This document shows, in pieces, positions 57,133-64,000 of a DNA stretch of 64,000 nucleotides. Position numbers and translations under genes: made by a program. Origin of the DNA: a virus; the IMG/VR virus record IMGVR_UViG_3300035698_027665, positions 35,354 through 99,353 of that record. One strand, 5' to 3'. Under the pieces are notes generated by a model that was given only the letters and a program-made list of their open reading frames with translations, was not told the DNA's origin and did no database searches. The stretch's first letter is position 1; each line of letters starts with the position of its first letter.

Positions 57133-59556
57133 ATGGCAATTTCAAATGGCTTTCCAGCCGGTAACACAATAAGTCCAAGTGTCCGTATTCTCGAAAAGGA
57201 TTTGAGCTTTATTGCAGCGGCTCAAACCTTACACAGAGCAGGCTTAGTTGGTTTCGCAAGTAAGGGACCGTTCAACACTCCAACCAGAGTGTCGACAAAC
57301 AGACAGCTTCACGGCACTTTTGGGAATCCTCATCCAGCTAGCGGCGATCCATATTTGATCTATGCTGCTGAACAATATTTGTTAGTAGCAAACGAACTAT
57401 ATGTTGTTCGAGTTGGCGATGAGAACAATGCTAGTCCTGATAAAGCAGAAATAGCAGATGTTAATGTTCCTGTCGCTGGTGAGAAAATCACAATACAATC
57501 TGACACTGCTGGCTCTTACGTCTTTGCAGAAGATGGTTTTTTCCGTTGGGCTTTAAATGGCGTTGAATCAACTAAGACACTAGTCGTAGAAGCTGGTACA
57601 TACACAGCTACTGAACTAGCTGCCGAACTAAATGATCAATTGGATTCGGTAAGCTCAACAGGTGCTGTTGTCCTTGCTGGATTTGATGGTATAAGATTTG
57701 TTGTCAATAGCAGTAAAATTGCTGTTGAAACCACCTTTGCTTATGGTCCTGATTCATCATTAGAATTACTATCTGTGCAAGATGCAATTTACGGTCCTTT
57801 GACCAATATAAGCGTCGGAACTTATCACCCTGTTACTAACACTACTAGAAAAACTGGTATAGGTACTGGAATGACTGGTGCTGCTGTTACAGGTACTAAA
57901 GCAAGCTATGGTTCAGGATATGAAATTCCCGGTACATTTAATTTTACTGGACTTGAAGATTTAAACCTCCAAATCGTTGTTGATGGAACAGATAATGTTT
58001 TAGTCGACAATGTGGTTCAGATTGTTGATCTTGCTGACCTTGAAGATATGAGTAATACAATTGAAGAAGTTATTGACGAAATAAATAGTCAATTAACTGC
58101 TTTGACTATTCCCGGTGGCTTCCACGCTACTAGATCAGGTAATAACCTAAAATTGGAAACTCTCCATCAAGGTTCTGATGCAAGAATAAGAATAAAATCT
58201 ACTAGTACAGCCGCAGCAATATTTGGATTTAGCGATGTTGATGATGCCTCTATTACAGGTGCTGCATCTGGAACAAGTCCATCTGGAACAAGTGGTGATG
58301 CTTCCATTGAAACATATGGTTTAGCTATTGGAGAAAACGCTACTGGTTCTACTTATTCCTTCACAATGACAGCCGAAAGTGCTGGCATTGAAGGAAATGC
58401 AACAAGCATACAAGTCATCAATGATGATCGTGAAAACACTTTCCAATTAAGCATTGTCAACAACGGTGTCCAAGTGGAAAGTTGGGGAAATTTAGTTAAA
58501 GATTCTAATAGCAGATTTTATGTAGAAACCTTCTTGACTTTATTCTCTGAATACGTTCGTGTAGAAGACAATTTGTCAACGTCTGCACCACCCAAAGATG
58601 GAACTTATGTTTTATCTGGTGGCACTGATGGACTACCATCTGATCCAGATGATCAGGACACCCTTTTAATGGGCAGCATAGGTGCATTCACAGGAATGCA
58701 AGCCTTGTCTGAACCTGAACAAATTGATATTGACTTAATAGCTGTTCCGGGCCATTCCTCGACAGCAGTCGTATCCGCATTGTTAAATGTGGCTGCTGCT
58801 AGAGGCGATTGTTTGGCGATTATTGATCCGCCATTTGGCTTGACTGTTAATGAAATAACTTCTTGGCAAAACGGTACTCATCCTCTTAACTCCGTAAGGT
58901 TTGACAGCAACTTTGGTTCGCTTTACTGGCCTTGGGTTAAAATTAGAGACAATTACAATGACATAGATGTTTGGGTACCACCATCTGGTTCTGCCATGTC
59001 TGTTATTGCAAGAAGTGACTCTTTATCTGAGCCTTGGTTTGCACCAGCAGGAACAATTAGAGGTCTTGTGCCAAATATTACAGACGTGTTCTCACGTCCA
59101 AGTCTTGGCGAAAGAGATTTAATGTATGGTAATAGAAATGCTATCAACCCAATAGTTCAATTCTCTGGCGATGAAGGCTTCTTAGTTTGGGGTCAAAAGA
59201 CTCTACAAAGAACTCCTACTGCCCTTGACAGAATCAATGTAAGAAGATTGATGTTCTACATTGAAAAAAGAATTAGAGCAAAATCTCGTGAATTGTTGTT
59301 CAATCCTCACGATGAAGCTTTCCGTTCAAGATTTATCGACATTGCAACTGTGATATTGCAAGAAGTTCAAATTGGTAGAGGCATCTTGGCTTACCAAATT
59401 CAAGCAGATGAAGAACTTAATACACCAGATGTTATTGATCGTAATGAGTTTCGTGCAAGAATCGGAATCCAACCTATTCGTGCTGCTGAATTTATCTATA
59501 TTGAATTCAGTGTACACAGAACAGGAAACTTTGGAGAAACTTCCGAAACGTTCTAA
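57133..59556 (+). CDS. gp18: Contractile tail sheath protein (gp18-like)
   Basis: SPSV...E.D, VGFA.KGP, YWPW, WVPPSG, PWFAPAG..RG, INPI, WGQKTL, DRINVRRL, EFIYIEF. Confidence 0.95.
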   Translation: MAISNGFPAGNTISPSVRILEKDLSFIAAAQTLHRAGLVGFASKGPFNTPTRVSTNRQLHGTFGNPHPASGDPYLIYAAEQYLLVANELYVVRVGDENNASPDKAEIADVNVPVAGEKITIQSDTAGSYVFAEDGFFRWALNGVESTKTLVVEAGTYTATELAAELNDQLDSVSSTGAVVLAGFDGIRFVVNSSKIAVETTFAYGPDSSLELLSVQDAIYGPLTNISVGTYHPVTNTTRKTGIGTGMTGAAVTGTKASYGSGYEIPGTFNFTGLEDLNLQIVVDGTDNVLVDNVVQIVDLADLEDMSNTIEEVIDEINSQLTALTIPGGFHATRSGNNLKLETLHQGSDARIRIKSTSTAAAIFGFSDVDDASITGAASGTSPSGTSGDASIETYGLAIGENATGSTYSFTMTAESAGIEGNATSIQVINDDRENTFQLSIVNNGVQVESWGNLVKDSNSRFYVETFLTLFSEYVRVEDNLSTSAPPKDGTYVLSGGTDGLPSDPDDQDTLLMGSIGAFTGMQALSEPEQIDIDLIAVPGHSSTAVVSALLNVAAARGDCLAIIDPPFGLTVNEITSWQNGTHPLNSVRFDSNFGSLYWPWVKIRDNYNDIDVWVPPSGSAMSVIARSDSLSEPWFAPAGTIRGLVPNITDVFSRPSLGERDLMYGNRNAINPIVQFSGDEGFLVWGQKTLQRTPTALDRINVRRLMFYIEKRIRAKSRELLFNPHDEAFRSRFIDIATVILQEVQIGRGILAYQIQADEELNTPDVIDRNEFRARIGIQPIRAAEFIYIEFSVHRTGNFGETSETF

Positions 59557-59568
59557 AAACAAAAACAA

Positions 59569-59599
59569 TTTTCACCCCCGCTTAATAGCGGGGTGAAAA
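59569..59599 (+). promoter_or_regulatory. Hairpin between sheath and tube genes (terminator or mRNA stabilizer)
   Basis: tttcacccccgct-taat-agcggggtgaaa. Confidence 0.6.
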
Positions 59600-59619
59600 C
59601 ATTTAATAAAGGAGATGAT

Positions 59620-60186
59620 ATGGCTGAACAAGCAATGGGTATTGGAAAACTAGGTGGAGCTAATTTAGTATATAAAAGAAAATTTCGTTGGACATTTAGG
59701 ATTACTGATCTTTGTAATGGCGGAAGTGTCGACGAACACTTTGTAAAATTAGCAGCCCGCCCAAACCTAACAATAGAAGAAACAGAAATTAACTTTTTGA
59801 ATGCCAAAAAGTGGATTCCGGGCAAAGGTGCTTGGGAAACTATTACTGTAACTTACTATGATGTTGCTACCAATGACAATAAAGACCTATGGAACTGGCT
59901 TGCATCTGTGTATGACTACACGGACAATGTAGGACTTAAAATGGGTTCTCGTCAAGGTGACTATGCTGGCAATGCAGAATTAGTTTTGTATGATGGCTGT
60001 GGAACTAGACTTGAAAAATGGAATCTTTATGATGTGTGGCCACAAGCTATGAACTTTGGGGAATTAGACTATAGTACTTCGGAAGAATCTACTATTGAAC
60101 TCACATTAAGATATTCTTCTGTGAAATATGAAAGTCTATGTCCACAGTTTGTTCCACAAGCATGCTGTACTGGTTGCAATATATAA
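59620..60186 (+). CDS. gp19: Tail tube protein (gp19-like) 1
   Basis: KRKFRW, RP, WE.ITVTYYD, YDG.G..LE.W.L..VWP..MNFGELDYS, IELTLRY. Confidence 0.9.
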   Translation: MAEQAMGIGKLGGANLVYKRKFRWTFRITDLCNGGSVDEHFVKLAARPNLTIEETEINFLNAKKWIPGKGAWETITVTYYDVATNDNKDLWNWLASVYDYTDNVGLKMGSRQGDYAGNAELVLYDGCGTRLEKWNLYDVWPQAMNFGELDYSTSEESTIELTLRYSSVKYESLCPQFVPQACCTGCNI

Positions 60187-60243
60187 TTAAAATTATATAT
60201 TTTAATTGTTTCTTGTTCTGGAAACAATATCCGTCTATATCAC

Positions 60244-60300
60244 AATTATATACTATTATGGAAGGCTCTTAAAAGAGTCCTTCTATAATAGTATATAATT
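60244..60300. repeat. Long imperfect inverted repeat between tube genes
   Basis: aattatatactattatggaaggctctt-aa-aagagtccttctataatagtatataatt. Confidence 0.8.
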
Positions 60301-60317
60301 TTTAAAGGAGTTATAAT

Positions 60318-60851
60318 ATGTCTAGAAGTATGGGTTTAGATTTTGGGTTAGAGAATACAGGTTCGTGCATAAAAAGAAAATTTAGATGGTTGCTTAAAAT
60401 AGATGGCATTTCTGCTTTAAATAGCAACACACAAAGTGTAAACGCTTTACCTCCATCTAAAGCAAGCCGTCCTTCTTTGACATTTAAAGAAATGGAAGTG
60501 CAACATTTGATTGAAACGGTTTACTATCCTTCAAAGCCTGAATGGAAACCTATTACTTTAACATTGTTCGATCTCAAAAAGAACAGAAATCCTGTCTTTG
60601 ATTGGATAAAACAAGTTTATGATACTTGCGGTACAGGAAGTTGGAACGTTTCTGTAGGCAATGGATTTAAAAAGAAAGCCACATTGGAAATGTATGACGG
60701 ATGCGGGAATACCATTGAAAGTTGGGAATTCCAAAATGCATGGCCACAATCTATAGACTTCGGAGATTTAGACATGGGTAGTTCAGAATACTCCACGATA
60801 GAAATAACTTTACGTTATGATAGGGCTGTTCTTTTAGAAAATTGTGTTTAA
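60318..60851 (+). CDS. gp19: Tail tube protein (gp19-like) 2
   Basis: KRKFRW, RPSL, WKPITLTLFD, YDGCG..IESW...AWP..IDFGDLD, IEITLRYD. Confidence 0.85.
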   Translation: MSRSMGLDFGLENTGSCIKRKFRWLLKIDGISALNSNTQSVNALPPSKASRPSLTFKEMEVQHLIETVYYPSKPEWKPITLTLFDLKKNRNPVFDWIKQVYDTCGTGSWNVSVGNGFKKKATLEMYDGCGNTIESWEFQNAWPQSIDFGDLDMGSSEYSTIEITLRYDRAVLLENCV

Positions 60852-61082
60852 TTAATCAAATTCATTTTGTAAAACCTTTTTGCAATCCTCTAAGGCGTCT
60901 TCAAGTTGTTTTGGTTTCCATCCTAGAACTCTGCATGCCCCACTTTTATTAAGTCTACCTTTTTTAGTGTATACTTTATCTTCGTGTTCCATTAAAATTT
61001 CAATCAATTTTCCATGACCGTTTGTTTTTAATTTGTCTATAAGTTCTTGATGCTCTAATAATTCTAATAAGTTACTTTCCAT
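60852..61082 (-). CDS. Small HTH-like protein
   Basis: YTKKGRLNKSGACRVLGW; TTGAAA-N17-TATAAT upstream. Confidence 0.6.
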   Translation of the reverse strand: MESNLLELLEHQELIDKLKTNGHGKLIEILMEHEDKVYTKKGRLNKSGACRVLGWKPKQLEDALEDCKKVLQNEFD

Positions 61083-61224
61083 AATGTAATTATAATAACA
61101 TTGTTATTTGATTTCAATAAATTATTTTAATTTTTTTTAATTGAAATATCAATGTATCAAATTGGAGTTTACAAGCGGAGAATGAGTGCTATAATGGCTT
61201 TCATCGATCAACAGGATACAATCC

Positions 61225-61800
61225 ATGAAAACAATTTGCACTCCTTTTCCGTGGCAATGTATTATTGGGGAAAATAGAATTGGAACTTTCGTCAATGAAG
61301 ACATTGTTTTAACAGCTTCCCATGTATGCCCTAAAGATGTAGATTCTATATCTTGTTTAGAGAATAAAGGCATGGCTACTGTATTTTACAGGTCTAAAAC
61401 TTATGACATGGTTTTGATGAAAACAGATTTTAAAGTTAGTATGTTCATCAAATGCGATCAAATCATATTGAAAAATTTTGATACTGTTGAATGCGTTTCA
61501 ATTAAAACCCTCCAAGAGTCTTTAAACAGAAATGTACAAGTAGAATTTTATAAACAAATTGATTTAGAATCTTATTATGATAGTATAGGATTGAAATCTC
61601 ATTACTTAGGACTAAAGGATAAGCCTTTTATATACAAATTTGATAAAATGGAGGGCGACTTTTCTTGTAGCGGCTCGCCTTATTTGAAAAACGATAAATT
61701 AGTCGCTCTATTGATGGCGTCATTGCCATCTACAAATAAAAACGAAAAAAAGTCTTATGGGTTTCCTATACCAAAAGAAATTTTGGAAAAAATAAAATGA
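61225..61800 (+). CDS. Trypsin-like protease domain protein
   Basis: LTASHV, DMVL, CSGSPY; start uncertain. Confidence 0.55.
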   Translation: MKTICTPFPWQCIIGENRIGTFVNEDIVLTASHVCPKDVDSISCLENKGMATVFYRSKTYDMVLMKTDFKVSMFIKCDQIILKNFDTVECVSIKTLQESLNRNVQVEFYKQIDLESYYDSIGLKSHYLGLKDKPFIYKFDKMEGDFSCSGSPYLKNDKLVALLMASLPSTNKNEKKSYGFPIPKEILEKIK

Positions 61801-62448
61801 AATCATATAAAACAATTCCCGGTCCTAAAAAATCCCCGAAAGAACATTGTATTGCTTTTGACAAATTAGATGGCTCTAATATAAGAGCAGAATGGTCGAA
61901 AAAACAAGGATGGCATAAGTTTGGCACTAGAAAGCAAATGATTGATAAAAATCATAAAGATTTTGGGCAAGCTATAACTGTCTTCATGAATAGCTTATCC
62001 GAAGGAATTGTCAAATCTGTTTTAGATTGCAAGGATTATAAGCAAGTTACGCAAATTACTGCTTTTAGTGAATATCATGGCGAAAACTCCTTTGCAGGAT
62101 ACCATGATCCAGATGACAAAATGCGAACCACTTTAATAGATGTTAATATTTACAAAAAAGGCTTTGTACTTCCTAGAACCTTCATCAGAATTTTTGAAGG
62201 ATTAGACTACCAGAGGTCGTTTACGAAGGCGTTTATAATGATTCTTTTATAAAAGACGTGTATAATGGATGTTACAACGTAAAAGAAGGAGTTGTAGCAA
62301 AAGGTCTATTGCCCGGAAGAAAGCCCCACATAGTCTTTGGTTGTCGAAATGTAAAACCAAATCTTGGTTGGAAAAATTGAAATTAAAATCTGAACAAGAT
62401 GAAAAATATAAAAACATATTAGAAGACAATGTTAGAGAACAACTGTGA
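61797..62448 (+). pseudogene. RNA-ligase-like nucleotidyltransferase split by two frameshifts
   Basis: FDKLDGSN, FGTR; continues PEVVYEG...KEGVVAKG after shift near 62207 and LW..KCKTKSWLEKL after shift near 62325. Confidence 0.7.
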
Positions 62449-62454
62449 AATTTA

Positions 62455-62979
62455 TTATATTTTTAAAAATTTATAAATGTCTTTTGGGGAATTTGATGCT
62501 TTAATGACATTGATAGGGATTCCCACATAATACTTTTGTGGATTTATAGTTTCAATGTTGATGTGCTGATGCTCTCCCCATTGAGGATAAATTTTTCCTA
62601 ATCCAATTGCTATTTCCTTAATGGATTTGGGAGATAGCGAAGCTGTTTCGATTTCGTTTCCAAATACTCTATGCCATTTGAAATTAAAGAATCCTATTTT
62701 ACGTGCAGTTTGAAGGTCTTCGAATGCATCTACTTCTTCTTGAGAAAAGCCATAATCAGATTTTAGAACTTCGTCCCAAACATGATATTTTTTATTAACA
62801 ATATCGCTTATGTCTTTTTGTGTTAAATTATGGTTTTTTATTATTTGATGTATGACAGGTTCTTCATGTTGCCCTGAACCATCAAATTCACGTACAATTT
62901 CTATTGCCCCATTGTCTTTTATCCAATAACCAAATGGTATTGTGGGGGAGTTTTCTTGTAACCATCCTTTAAAGTCCAT
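62455..62979 (-). CDS. Hypothetical protein with MDFKGWLQE N-terminus
   Basis: PFGYWI...G motif; TAAATA upstream. Confidence 0.65.
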   Translation of the reverse strand: MDFKGWLQENSPTIPFGYWIKDNGAIEIVREFDGSGQHEEPVIHQIIKNHNLTQKDISDIVNKKYHVWDEVLKSDYGFSQEEVDAFEDLQTARKIGFFNFKWHRVFGNEIETASLSPKSIKEIAIGLGKIYPQWGEHQHINIETINPQKYYVGIPINVIKASNSPKDIYKFLKI

Positions 62980-62982
62980 ATT

Positions 62983-63483
62983 TTATTTATCAACGTTTAG
63001 ATCGTTTTTAGAAATGTCTAAAGAAATCAATCTTCTAACTTCCATTAGTATTTGACCAAGCCAATTATTGCCTTCATTTGTTTTGTAATGAACGCCCCAA
63101 CATGTGTCTTTCCAATGATTGGTTTCTTCTAAATACCTATCGCCAGTATCAATTAGTTTTTGTTTTAAATCTTCATTTCTAGTAAATTTATCGTATACAA
63201 TAATATCCATAACTCTGTATTTGTGCATGTCCCAATTTGGGATGATGGCGATGGGAGGATTGTTTCTCCAAGCTTTTTTACTGTCTGACTCACTCATTTG
63301 CGTAAAAGGCTCTCGATAGTCTCTTAGAAGCTTCGCAGCTTGATAGGCTGTTTCTGACGACGGATACATTAAGCCATCAAAGTAAACTTTTGCTGGATAA
63401 AAATTAGATAAAAATCTATAGTATCCAAAAAAAACTTTAATGTTTTCATCACTGTGTTCTGTATATTCTTGCCAGTTTGCCAT
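62983..63483 (-). CDS. NADAR (YbiA-like) family protein
   Basis: FLSNFY, SE.AYQAAK, W...K..VM, KF..N..L, TG...L.E, D..WG, G.N.LG.ILM.VR. Confidence 0.9.
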   Translation of the reverse strand: MANWQEYTEHSDENIKVFFGYYRFLSNFYPAKVYFDGLMYPSSETAYQAAKLLRDYREPFTQMSESDSKKAWRNNPPIAIIPNWDMHKYRVMDIIVYDKFTRNEDLKQKLIDTGDRYLEETNHWKDTCWGVHYKTNEGNNWLGQILMEVRRLISLDISKNDLNVDK

Positions 63484-63555
63484 TTTAAAACCTTTTCGTA
63501 AATTTTAATTCATTATACAAAAACAGTTTTGTCTAAGCCATTAAAAATATGGTTT

Positions 63556-63999
63556 TTAGTTTATGTTCGATTTTCTTTTTAAATGGAAATCGTCACGACC
63601 TATTTTAATATCCCAATCATCTGAAAAATATCTATTAACTATTTTTTCGTAGATGTTTTTTCTTCTATTCCTTCTTCTATGCCATCCGTATTCTGTATTT
63701 GATAAATAATAATCATGCAATTTTTTCAATTCTTCATAGAAAACATGGGCTTTATTATAATTTAATGGTTTGAATTCTTGTTGTTCTTCTGATCTTAGCA
63801 AATTTGAAAAATCTAAATTGGTGTTGTTTAAGCTTTCTGGACCTTTTAAAAATTCTGCAACACTAGCACACCATCGCAGCCATTTGTTTTTATCAAAGTC
63901 TTCCGTTGATTCTGGTGGGCTTCCAAGGTTTAAAATATCATACAATGATTTTTCATGACTTGATAAAGGAACTTCTTTTGCATTGTGATTCTTTACAAT
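63556..63999 (-). CDS. Partial hypothetical protein (start lies beyond window end)
   Basis: Frame stays open from 63999 (IVKNHNAKEVPLSSHEKS) into the listed ORF. Confidence 0.6.
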   Translation of the reverse strand: MVKNHNAKEVPLSSHEKSLYDILNLGSPPESTEDFDKNKWLRWCASVAEFLKGPESLNNTNLDFSNLLRSEEQQEFKPLNYNKAHVFYEELKKLHDYYLSNTEYGWHRRRNRRKNIYEKIVNRYFSDDWDIKIGRDDFHLKRKSNIN

Positions 64000-64000
64000 T

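Noticed and set aside
55050-60851. Bacterial contractile injection system or tailocin
   Set aside because: gp13/gp14 neck genes, T4-type late motifs, CTS-like proteins and absence of bacterial housekeeping context point to a myophage
1-64000. Stop-codon reassignment as seen in some jumbo phages
   Set aside because: Conserved genes (sheath, nadE, pncB) are full length in the standard code and TAA, TGA and TAG all end genes

Overview
This 64-kb AT-rich window reads as part of a large (jumbo-type) T4-like myophage genome using the standard genetic code. It has gp13/gp14/gp15-like neck genes, a gp18 tail sheath and two gp19 tail tubes, plus many TA(A/T/G)ATA late-promoter motifs and sigma70-type early promoters. 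The accessory content includes: a roughly 11-kb glycosyl-/sulfo-/methyltransferase island containing a DUF262-HNH (GmrSD-like) nuclease; a Dam-type MTase; trypsin and subtilisin proteases; a phiEco32-type COOH-NH2 ligase; a protein with seven helicase-associated-like repeats; a solo IS607-type TnpB behind an unannotated KAWxTRR peptide; HldD and GT9 heptose genes; a PspA/K+ channel membrane module with a tRNA-like RNA in its intergenic space; LAGLIDADG and Hef-like endonucleases; NADAR; and a frameshifted RNA ligase. The best candidate for a new system is the operon pncA-vWA(TerY)-pncB-nadE-PP2C-kinase, a deamidating NAD+ rebuilding pathway interleaved with a TerY-phosphorylation triad. It is followed by a Nudix hydrolase carrying a T4-like capsid-targeting N-terminus, a motif shared by about 12 ORFs in the window. 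All family calls come from motif recognition by eye; no database searches were run.
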